DNA of 64,000 bases, from positions 27,854-91,853 of the forward strand of contig MCFE01000340.1 of the NCBI GenBank assembly GCA_002104905.1, in the 5' to 3' direction. The stretch's first letter is position 1; the number at the start of each line of letters is the position of its first letter. The DNA is from Basidiobolus meristosporus CBS 931.73 (taxonomy: Eukaryota > Fungi > Basidiobolomycota). Positions 52,990-63,764 of this stretch are shown in pieces. The notes beneath the pieces are model-generated. The model did no database searches. It was given only the letters and a program-made list of their open reading frames with translations, and was not told the origin of the DNA. A program made the translations under genes and the position numbers.

Positions 52990-53420
52990 TTAGGGTTAGG
53001 GGGAGGAAAGTCACCAAGTGGTGAAATCTTTATTTACTTATGACAAGTATCTAAAGAAGCCAAGTTAATCTGAAGTTATTCCTAGAAAGCTAGGTCTGAG
53101 AGATATCTTCCTGGTAAGCCAGGTCTGAGAGTTGAGAAGCTGAGTGGTACTATATTTCCTAGTTAGCTAAGTCTGAGAGTGGTTTCCTGGAAAGCTAGGC
53201 ATGAGAAGTGAGAATCTGAATATATCTGAACTAAGTTATACTGGTTTGCAGTTGCTGAATTGTGACCAGAATGGCCAGTGGACTGGGGGAACTGAGAGGA
53301 ATTTCTGGGCAATCACTGGCCAAATTTACTAGGCAAATCTGGCCAATTAGCATTTCCAGGATTTCAGCCAATCAGAGCCTGTACTTTGGGTTAGGGGGGC
53401 AGTCACTCAGGGGAAGGAAA
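52990..53420 (-). mobile_element. Telomeric array unit D1: non-coding, non-autonomous unit with the shared 3' module
   Basis: Begins TTAGGGTTAGGGGGAGGAAAGTCACCAAGTGGTGAAATCTTTATTT. It has internal AGCTAGGTCTGAGAG-like subrepeats and no long ORF, and it is homologous to 54312-54537. Confidence 0.8.
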
Positions 53421-54311
53421 GGGTTAGGGGAGGGAAAGTCACCAAGGTAGGTGAAATCTTTATTTGATTGCAGACAAGTCTAACTACAAATAAAGAAGCC
53501 AGCTGGGAATAGAAGATTCCCAAAGTAAACACTAAGTTGAATATGAATAAATCTAAGCTAAAGTTAAGGCAGTATCCCAGAGTACACTGGAGTTCAGGTA
53601 CATGGGGGAGTGAAGTAGATAAGCTTGAGAGATATAATAATCTTTGAGGAAGTGGGTAACAGCAGGTGAAGGGGAGCTTTTGATAAGTGAAGTGAATCTT
53701 GAGAGCAGAGATTCCTCTAATGAGAAGGTCTTGTAAACTGGAGAATCAGGAAACTCTTTAAAGGCATGGTCAGTAGGTTCAAGTAAAACTGGTCAGAGAC
53801 ATTTTGAGAGAACACTTTAGCAATACTTTTGTCAAGTACTACCTCCAGAGTGTGATTGTTGATAAATCTCATGTTAACAATCTTCGATAAATTGTAACCT
53901 TGTTGCTTGAGATACATCCTATGCTCAGATATAGGAATGAACTCCACATTGGCAAAGTAGCAGACAGCCCAGTCAGTAGCAGGAGGCAAATCAGAAGTAG
54001 CAGGAAACTTTCTTTTAGTCTTGGGAGGAGCAGTAGGATGTCTTGAGGAAGCAGGAACAGACTTTTTGACAGCTTCAGAGTAGGAAGAGTGAGCGGGAGC
54101 AGATGATTCTTGGGGAGTCTTGTTGACAGGAACAGCTGGCAGAGAGACAATAGATTCTTGCAGATCAGAGAAGGCAGAAAACAGCTTTTGAACTTGTTTC
54201 TTGAGTAAAGCATTTTCAGCTTCAACAAGTGCAAGCCTTTCCTCAAGGAAGGAAATCTGAAGGGAATGGAGTGAAGGCATAAGAAATAAGAAGAAGAGGG
54301 TTGGATGGGGT
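53421..54311 (-). mobile_element. Telomeric array unit E1: ORF1-only element (ORF 54280-53717, continuing in a shifted frame)
   Basis: Coiled-coil N-terminus plus 'WAVCYFANV...SKIVNMRF...LEVVLD', homologous to A1 ORF1 'WSLLYFANV...SKIVNLAW...LEMIVD'. It has no RT and carries the shared 3' module at 53421-53465. Confidence 0.8.
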
Positions 54312-54537
54312 GGGTTAGGGGAGGAAAGTCACCAAGTGTGAAATCTTATACTTATGACAAGTATCTAAGAAGCAAGTAATCTGAAGTTATCTAGAAAGCT
54401 AGGTCTGAGAGATATCTTCCTGGTAAGCCAGGTATGAGAGTTGAGAGGCTGAGTGGTACTGTATTCTAGTTAGCTAGGTCTGAGAGAGGTTCTGGAAGCA
54501 GGCTGAGAAGTGAGAATGATATATCTGAGCTTAGTTA
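54312..54537 (-). mobile_element. Telomeric array unit D2: shorter copy of D
   Basis: Aligns to 52990-53230 with many single-base deletions. Confidence 0.8.
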
Positions 54538-56672
54538 TAGGGTTAGGGGGGAGACAGTCACCAACAGGTGAAATCTTTATTTCAGTTGAAACAAAGAAGC
54601 CAGCGCTACTGTTGTAGCTTTGATACAAGAGTGTGTAGCTGAGGGGAATTTGTAGGTAAGTTAATAAGAAGTGATGATAGTTCTTCAGTGCTCAAGACAC
54701 TGTTCAGTGGGAAGGGGGGTAGCAAGAGAGGTAAGAATGACTTGTGAACAACATTAATGAGGGGAATGTGATAAGGATTGATATTCATCATAAAGGGAGT
54801 GTGCTGCTGCAGATATTGCTGCCAAAGGTCTGTCAAGTACTTCAGGTAGGCCAGCTTGGGTTTTTCTGACTGCAGAATAATATGCAGCAAACTTCTTGAC
54901 TTCAGGATCTCCAAGTATAGTTCTCCAGCAGGAGTCAGGTGTTGTGTGGTGTGTTCTCTTCCAGGCCTTAATCAGTGGGTTGTTGCAGTTGTGAAGTCTG
55001 AGGTATAATCTGGTTCTAAGGTAGAGAAGTCTGATCTCTATAGGGCATAAACCCAAAAGCACCAAGAATAGCATGTCTGTAGGGGCATTCAGGCAAATGA
55101 GGCACCAAGGAGGTAATGCACCATACTGCAAACTTGTCAAGCTTAGTGCAGTCTCTAGAAGTAAGAGAGAGAAGTGGTAAGCCAAATTCCAGGACAGGGA
55201 AGACAAACTGCTTGAGTAGAAGGAGGCAGCTGGGAGCTGAAGTTGTAGGAGGAGTAACAGCCAGTAGCTTGTGGAGTGCCTGTCTTGCCAGGATAATTCT
55301 CTTCTTCAGGTGTGCTCCAGAGTCTAGTCCAGTAGGAAGGAAAGGAAAGCCAAGATATGTAGCAGAAACCTGAGCAGGTAGAGTGGAGTTCTCCAAGTTG
55401 ATGGGAGAGCCCAAAGGTACTGTCTTTGCAATGGAAAGCTGGAGATTATTCTTCTGCAGATACTGGTGGATGGTCTGGGAGTCTTGTTGCACATTGGAGG
55501 AGGATATTCTGATGTCATCAGCAAAGAGAGTAACCAGGCAGTCAGCTGAGAGTCTTGGGAAATCATTCAGGAAGATGGCAAACAGTATAGGACCAAGCAC
55601 AGAGCCTTGAACCACTCCATTAGGAACTGAGAACACAGCTGATTGCTCACTTGGGTGCAGAATTCTTGCTTGTGGATCCAGAAACAGAGACCTGACAAGG
55701 AGGGTGAGAGAGGTACTGGAGAAGCATTGCAACTTGGACCAAAGCAGATTTCTGTCAACTGAATCAAAGGCCTTAGTAATATCAAACAGAACAGAGGGAT
55801 ACTTGCACTGGAGAGAGTGATCTTGGCTAAGTATGACTGCATATTCCAAGGAGAGGCCAGGAACAAAGCCAAACTGTGCAGGATGAAACTTGAGGGAGTC
55901 AGAGTAGAGCTCCTGAGCAAGCAGAAGCTCAAACACCTTTCTGCAGGTGGGCAGCAGAGATATTGGCCTGTAGGAGCTAGGATCCAGGTGCTTTCCTTTA
56001 CCCTTGTACAGTGGCAGAACATTTGCAAAGGACCATTCCTCAGGAGTAGAAAGCTGGGCTGAGCATTGCTGAAACAGTGGAAGCAGAAGTGCAGACATGG
56101 CCTTGGTACTAGTCTTCAGAAGCTCATAAGAGATTGTGTCCACACCTGGAGCAGTAGAGTTGGGAAGCCTCTTGAGCACATTATGGATTCTCCTTTGATC
56201 AAGTGCAAGTGGGATGGGCAGAGTCTTGAAGTCAGGATGAAAGCCAGGAGTTGAGTACTGCTTGTAGAGAAGAAGATGTTAGCCAGCTGTTCTGTTGAAG
56301 GTAACTTCCTGGAAGAGGGCCTCATTGCCCTGTAGAGTCTTGATACTGTTCTTGTTATAGAGTTGGAAGATTGCAGAGGCAAGAACTCATAATATGATCC
56401 CAGAGCTGAGTATAGAGTGTGGTAATTGCCTTGAGTGGTGTATTGCTGTCAGGAGGAGTTCTCTGTTTTTGGGTTAGGAAACTCAGTAGCTTTGTTGCAG
56501 GCTGAAACAATGGATTCCATTTTCTTGAGTAACAGCAGTAGTCTTGATGCAGTGAGAGGAGGCAGACACAAATCAGATGCTTCACAAGAGCAGCATAGTG
56601 AGATCATCAGAGAAGTAGCAAATGCAAGCTTCAAGTAGTTCCAAAGTCTCTCTGATCTGTAGCTTGTAGGTG
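54538..56672 (-). mobile_element. Telomeric array unit B2: 5'-truncated family B non-LTR element (linker + RT, disrupted)
   Basis: RT motifs 'SYRPISLL', 'DITKAFDSV', 'GVVQGSVLGP' and 'LFADD'. Near-identical to B1 but with two 1-nt insertions, and it extends about 450 bp further 5'. Confidence 0.93.
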
Positions 56673-59600
56673 TTAGGGGAGGGAAAGTCACCAAGTTGGT
56701 GAAATCTTTATTTGAGTTAAGAACTAATCTAAGTACAAATAAAGAAGCCAATTAAGAGGTCTAGAACCTCTCTAATAAGTAATCTAATTTATGTTTTGTT
56801 TCATCTCTAATGTTTGTTTCAATAAAGTAAAGCTCATCAGGGGTAAATATAAAATTCAGGGGTTTTGGGGGAAGTACAAATTGTAGATGTTTCTGATCAA
56901 TATAATCCAAGACTGGAACCCAGCCTGGGATTAGGTGTAGTAGGAAAGGTGTGTGGACTTGTAAGTAGCTCTGCCACATAGATCTTAGATGGTCCTGAGC
57001 CAGTAGTCTTGGTTTCTCAGCTTTTTGAAGTTTTGAAGCAAGCTCTGTTACTACAGCAGAGCCAACCAGGGTGTGCCAGCAAGAAGATTTCAGGGAGGAG
57101 TTAGATTGAAGCCATTGTTTGATGGAGGGGTTATGTGATTTCTGAAGTTTGACTAGGAAGGAAGCCCGGAGATAGATCATTCGGATTTGGTATGGGTAGA
57201 ACCCAAAGGCTCCATTAGTTGCATGGATATAGGGAGATACTGGAAGATAAGGTACCAAGGATCTGATACACTGATGGAGAAATTTATCCAGGCGGTGAAG
57301 TTCTCTGGAGGTTAGGGGTATAATGTGGAGACCAAATTCAAGTACTGGCAGCACATACTGCTTCAGAAGTATAGGGATCTTTTGAATTGGAGTGTCTGGA
57401 GTGACTACTACCAGAAGCTTTTTGAGAGCCTGTTGGGCAAGACGGATCCTATTATTCAGGTGGAGCTTTGAGTCAATCCCATGTTGACAAAACGGCAGAC
57501 CTAGATATATTGCAGTTTGTTGTGGCAGAATGCTAGTGTTCTGTATAGTTGTAGTGCATCCAATTGGGACTGTCTTGGAAATTGAGAGTGAGAGGTTGTT
57601 GGCAGCCAAGTACTTCTCAATGATGGCAGTGTCTGCTATGGGATTAGGAGTAGCAATCTTGATATCATCCGCATAGAGAGTTAGTAGTGGATAGGGAGAG
57701 TCTGGTGAGGGGCCTTTTGGAAATAAAGGAAAGTCATGTAGGAATATCACAAATAGTAAGGGACCTAGTACAGATCCTTGGACTACTCCATTTGGAACCT
57801 CATAAGTCTCTGATGTACAACTTGGATGCAAAATTTTGGCTGAGTTCTCACAAAATAGAGAACGTACAAGAAGGGTCATTGGTAGTGTGGTAACTGCTAA
57901 TAGCTTTCTCCAAAGCAGAGCTCTGTCCACAGAGTCAAAGGCTTTAGTAATGTCAAACAGAATGGTTGGCAATGAGAATTGAAGTGAATGATCATGGCTT
58001 AGCACTACAGCCATATCCAAGGAGAGTTTGGGCAAGAAGCCAAACTGAGAAGGATGGAATGGATATAGTTGAGATTGCAAGGATCTTGCTATCATAAGCT
58101 CAAAGATTTTCCGGCAGGTTGGTAGGAGTGAAACTGGCCGGTAAGAACCTGGGAGTGAGTGTTTCCCCTTCCCTTTGTATAAGGGTATTACATTTGCCTG
58201 TGACCAGGCCTTTGGGGTAGTCAATTGTTGGGCACAGATAGAGTAGAATGGGAGAAGTAAGTGACTCATTTTGGAGTAGCACACCCGGAGTAGATCGTAG
58301 GTAATCAAGTCATGTCCAGGTGCAGTATTTGCAGGAAGCTTCTTTAAAATTTTCTCCAGAAGCTTTGCTGAAACCAAAATTGGAGATGTTGGACTGCTAG
58401 ATATGTTACCAGTATGGTAGAAAGGAGGAGTGGGATGCACGGTTGAATCAAAGAATATAGGGGCCAGTTTGTCTGGTGATGGTATACTCCTTGCTTGGGG
58501 TCTCATGGCTTTGTATACTCTTGATATGGACCTTGTGGTGGCATTCATATTTACTAAGGGCAAGGTATCCATGATATGAGCCCATAATCTAGTATGCTCA
58601 GTGATCTGTAGTGACTTGGAGTAGGAGATTGCGCTTTCCAGGAGGTTCTGTGTTTTTGGGTTAGGGAAACATAGGTAGCTGGAATTTAAGGCAGAAATGA
58701 TGGATTTCCATTTAAGTTGGTTTGCAGATGGCTTTTGGTAGGACTTGGTGGGCAGGGCCAGACAGCCAGTGATTATGATGAAATGCTGGTAAAATAGCCA
58801 TAATGCATTTATATCATCACAAATCCATGCAGGTAAGCTGGGAAATGCATATTCTGTAAGCAAGGATAGGTAGTTGGCAAAGTCCTGTGTCTGTGATACT
58901 GAAGCTTTGGCTGGCAGGATTGTAAATGGCTGAAGAAGGGTGCCAATTGGTAGGGTTTTTCTGGCAGAAATGATAATATGTATTGGCTTGTGATCAGATT
59001 TCTCTAGTGAACCACAGCTGATATCCTCTGGAATGCTTGTAACCTGGTGGATGTACTGTAAGGCAGCTGGAGTAGCTGTTACCCAGTCAACACAACGTTG
59101 AGCTTGCTGAGTGTTTACAGTGACCAGATGGTTTTGTCGGAGGAACTTTGTAAAGTGCTCCTCTCTGGTTCTAAGTCTGGATGAAATAGTGGTGATATTT
59201 TCAGGGTGGGGAATATTTATATCTCCCACTACCATACAAGGGATTGATGAGCTGTTAATGAATTCTGATGTGGCCAAGAAAATTGCCAGTGTTATGGAGT
59301 TAGACAGAGATGGAGGGAGATAGATAATAATGGCTACTATAGTTGGAAGTGTTAGAGCATAGCAGTAATACTCATAGATGATGGATACATTTGCTGAGGG
59401 TGCAAGCTTAGAAGATGAAAGAGCAACAAGTGCCATTGAGTGAGCTGGAAATCTTGGGTGAGCAGATGAATATGCATTCAGTCTAGAGGGAAGTTTTGGC
59501 AACTTAACATCAATTAGTAGGAGCAAGGAATATTCCTTTTTCAGTAAGTTTTCTAATTCAGCTACAGTTGGAGTGATGGAGTTGCAATTGAGTAAGAGTA

Positions 59601-60731
59601 TGTTTTGTAGTCAGGCAGACTCTGAGGTTGCCTGTTCCTGCTGAAACTCTTGCACTGCCCTTTGTAAATTTCCAGAATTATTCCACAACTCTTCAAATGG
59701 AGCTTGTGTAATGTCTTTCAGGATTCTAATTGCTTCCTCTTTCAAGAAGTAGGCCACATCATAGGTTGGAGCCTGTTTCTTAATGGCAGCAAAGAAAGCC
59801 ATAATTGCCATGTGAGCTGGGGCTTGTTGAATATTCCTGGCTCAGTGTCCATTGACTCTGGTGGAATGATTGTGAATTTGGTAGACACCCAGTTTAGATT
59901 TTTTGCCAGATACTTAGTCAATGCAGTGGAGAAGTTTCTGTCCACAATCATTTCTAGGATCTTTCCTCTTCTCCAAGCTAGGTTAACAATTTTTGAAGTG
60001 TCAATATTTAGAGAGCGGAATGTATGTCTGATGTTTGATATAGTAGTCCATGGAACATTGGCAAAGTATAGCAAGGACCAATTCTGGAGCTGAGGTAAGT
60101 TTGCTGGAGGCTTATAGGTAGACTTCCTGGCAGGTTGTGTGGTAGGCTTTAGTGTTTCCAAGGTAGCAAGTTGTGGTTGAGACTTTTTGGAATTACGTAT
60201 GACTTTGGAAAGAATTCTGCCAGCAACTGTGTCAGGAATGTTAGTACTCATTGATGGTGCAGGGCCTGGCTCCTGGTACTGCTTTTGTAGAATACTTGAG
60301 TATGTCTCTTTTTGTTTTCCTTTATCCAATGTGCTATGCCTTGGAATGGGATTTTGGGGAATAGAGACTTCAGGTATCAACTCTGGGGTCTGGTGATTGT
60401 CCAACATTGTTGCTTGAGCTTCCAGCTTTTCCTCTAAGATTTGAACTCTCTGCTTAAGCTCATCATTTGACGCTATAAGTGTTGCATTGTTTGGAGCCAG
60501 GTCAGGTGTTGAGTTATGAAGGCAGGTTGAGCAGCGTTCTAACTCCTTTGTTTGGTCATCCAACTTTTCTTCTAAGGTTTGAACCCTCAATTTGAGTGAA
60601 CCATTTGAGGTTAGAAGCTCCAAGTTATCAGCCTGCAACTTCTTTAGATCCCTAAATATCTCAAATATCTGTGCCTGCAAGTCTTTAGCAGTGATATTTC
60701 TGATAAGTACTATTTCCTCTAGGGGTTCTTC
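56673..60731 (-). mobile_element. Telomeric array unit A1: near-full-length two-ORF non-LTR retrotransposon (ORF1; APE endonuclease-RT)
   Basis: ORF1 spans about 60731-59611 with one frameshift and is open to the junction with no ATG. The ORF2 frame 59610-56761 has APE motifs NCNS, IYLPP, GDIN, VDW and SDHKPI, and RT motifs DITKAFDSV, QGSVLGP and LYADD. Confidence 0.95.
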
Positions 60732-62403
60732 TTAGGGTTAGGGGGGGGAGACAGTCACCAACAGGTGAAATATTTATTTCAGTTGAAACAAAGAAGTCAG
60801 CGCTACTGTTGTAGCTTTGATACAAGAGTGTGTAGCTGAGGGGAATTTGTAGGTAAGTTAATAAGAAGTGATGATAGTTCTTCAGTGCTCAAGACACTGT
60901 TCAGTGGGAAGGGGGGTAGCAAGAGAGGTAAGAATGACTTGTGAACAACATTAATGAGGGGAATGTGATAAGGATTGATATTCATCATAAAGGGAGTGTG
61001 CTGCTGCAGATATTGCTGCCAAAGGTCTGTCAAGTACTTCAGGTAGGCCAGCTTGGGTTTTTCTGACTGCAGAATAAATTCAGCAAACTTCTTGACTTCA
61101 GGATCTCCAAGTATAGTTCTCCAGCAGGAGCCAGGTGTTGTGTGGTGTGTTCTCTTCCAGGCCTTAATCAGTGGGTTGTTGCAGTTGTGAAGTCTGAGGT
61201 ATAATCTGGTTCTAAGGTAGAGAAGTCTGATCTTAGAGGGCATAAACCCAAAAGCACCAAGAATAGCATGTCTGTAGGGGCATTCAGGCAAATGAGGCAC
61301 CAAGGAGGTAATGCACCATACTGCAAACTTGTCAAGCTTAGTGCAGTCTCTAGAAGTAAGAGAGAGAAGTAGTAAGCCAAATTCCAGGACAGGGAAGACA
61401 AACTGCTTGAGTATAAGAAGGCAGCTGGGAGCTGAAGCTGTAGGAGGAGTAACAGCCAGTAGCTTGTGGAGTGCCTGTCTTGCCAGGATAATTCTCTTCT
61501 TCAGGTGTGCTCCAGAGTCTAGTCCAGTAGGAAGGAAAGGAAAGCCAAGATATGTAGCGGAAACCTGAGCAGGTAGAGTGGAGTTCTCCAAGTTGATGGG
61601 AGAGCCCAAAGGTACTGTCTTTGCAATGGAAAGCTGGAGATTATTCTTCTGCAGATACTGGTGGATGGTCTGGGAGTCTTGTTGCACATTGGAGGAGGAT
61701 ATTCTGATGTCATCAGCAAAGAGAGTAACCAGGCAGTCAGCTGAGAGTCTTGGGGAATCATTCAGGAAGATGGCAAACAGTATAGGACCAAGCACAGAGC
61801 CTTGAACCACTCCATTAGGAACTGAGAACACAGCTGATTGCTCACTTGGGTGCAGAATTCTTGCTTGTGGATCCAGAAACAAAGACCTGACAAGGAGGGT
61901 GAGAGAGGTACTGGAGAGGCATTGCAACTTGGACCAAAGCAGATTTCTGTCAACTGAATCAAAGGCCTTAGTAATATCAAACAGAACAGAGGGATACTTG
62001 CACTGGAGAGAGTGATCTTGGCTAAGTATGACTGCATATTCCAAGGAGAGGCCAGGAACAAAGCCAAACTGTGCAGGATGAAACTTGAGGGAGTCAGAGT
62101 AGAGCTCCTGAGCAAGCAGAAGCTCAAACACCTTTCTGCAGGTGGGCAGCAGAGATATTGGCCTGTAGGAGCTAGGATCCAGGTGCTTTCCTTTACCCTT
62201 GTACAGTGGCAGAACATTTGCAAAGGACCATTCCTCAGGAGTAGAAAGCTGGGCTGAGCATTGCTGAAACAGTGGAAGCAGAAGTGCAGACATGGCCTTG
62301 GTACTAGTCTTCAGAAGCTCATAAGAGATTGTGTCCACACCTGGAGCAGTAGAGTTGGGAAGCCTCTTGAGCACATTATGGATTCTCCTTTGATCAAGTG
62401 CAC
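60732..62403 (-). mobile_element. Telomeric array unit B1: 5'-truncated family B element with an uninterrupted RT ORF (62374-60803)
   Basis: 523-codon open frame. The 3' module is at 60732-60779, and the unit is truncated at GATCAAGTGCA relative to B2. Confidence 0.95.
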
Positions 62404-63764
62404 TTAGGGTTAGGGGTCTAAATTCTTTTATTGAATCTGATCAAGTATCGTAATACTATTTCAACTTGATTCAAGTTGAAAAGTGCATATTGTATAAAAA
62501 AGATATATCCATAGTAATGTGAAGGTAAAATACTGCTCAAGCTGAGTTGAGTTTTGGAAAGAAATTTGTCAACAAATCAGGCTAGAAAATGAAGTAAAGC
62601 TGGGAGTTATTTGAAAGCAAAGCACTAAGGGAAAGTGTAGAGCTATACTACCACTTCCTGAAAGGCAGGGATCTCACAGGAAGGCAGAAGCTCAGGTCTA
62701 ATTGCAGATATGATGGCAGAAAGTCTCTGGATGAGCTCCCTTTGTTTGTGAAATTGGAACAAAGATTGGGTATCTTTGAACCCAAAGCAGCTCTCTTCAT
62801 GAGAGAAGTAAAAATACCTGCTACAGTAGGGGCACCTGGAACCCAAGCAAAGTGTGTTCATCCTCCACCTTATGGCCTGGAAGGCAAAGAAGGAACTCCT
62901 GATGTAAAGGGATATGTCTGCTCCACTATGGGAATGTCTACTCTCATGAGAAATAAGTCCAACTCTGTCTTTTGAGCTAGTAACTATGGAGATATTCTCC
63001 AGCTTCCTTTTATGCATTGCTACAGAGAGAGGAATAAGCTCTCTAGGTGGCTTGGCACTGTTGGAGGCCAGATAATCTCTATAACCATCAGGAAAGTGTA
63101 TCTTCTTTCTCACCAATGACTTTGGGGTGGCTTGGACTAAGTTGTTAGTAATCTTATTGACTAAGATCTTCAAAGGATTATTGGGTGATGCTTTTGCATA
63201 GTGCTGCCCAAATCTGATACCTAAAGTCTCAAATCTGATTGGCACAGCCTCAATACCAGTCAGACTATGTATAAGCCTCTGATATTGCCTAGAATGGTAG
63301 TCAGAAGCATTGACTACCCAGCCAATAGCTTCTTGCTGCAGAGCTTGTAGCTTGGTAATGAGGTCAGGATCAGCAGCCAAACACATCATAGGAGCAGCAT
63401 ACTCCCAAGATGACCTCACAAAGGCCTTGAATAGCTGTAGCCTAATCAGAGGATGCCATCTGGCCCCTTTGAGCTGTAGGAATCTCAAAGTGGCAGAAGC
63501 CCTTTGAATACACTTTTCAGTGTAAGCTGCCCAAGAAATACCACTTTGACAAGTTGGGAGTCCAAGGTAGCTGTAAGAGGAAGGTTGAGGCAGAAGGGAG
63601 TTATTGAAGGAAATATTCCACTCTGGTGTGGGACCAATGTATGCTGATTTAGCAGTGTTTACCTCCATACCATTGGCAGTACACCATTGGCTGACTTTAC
63701 TCAGCAAACAATTAGCTTCTGAGAGACTCCTAGGCAGCAATTGGATGTCATCAGCAAACAACAG
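62404..63764 (-). mobile_element. Telomeric array unit C1: 5'-truncated family C non-LTR element (RT C-half plus C-terminal CCHC finger)
   Basis: The frame starts 'LLFADDIQL', continues through 'YSYLGL' and ends in 'AIRWRMN...CPYCSRYFYFSHEESC'. Its 3' end in transcript sense is AATAAAAGAATTTAGACCCCTAACCCTAA. Confidence 0.92.

Noticed and set aside
53040-53230. Subrepeats in unit D as a CRISPR-like array
   Set aside because: The repeats are imperfect and irregularly spaced, the context is eukaryotic, and there are no cas genes.
54312-54537. Dense single-base deletions in D2 as a special mutational process
   Set aside because: Most shorten homopolymers or doublets, which is typical of low-coverage long-read consensus near contig ends.
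54538-63764. Assigning the telomeric elements to Penelope-like (Athena/Coprina) or RLE-type (MoTeR/CRE) groups
   Set aside because: The RT motifs are standard non-LTR type with an N-terminal APE domain in A1. No GIY-YIG domain, pseudo-LTR or PD..D restriction-like nuclease motif is visible. C1 is too truncated to classify firmly.
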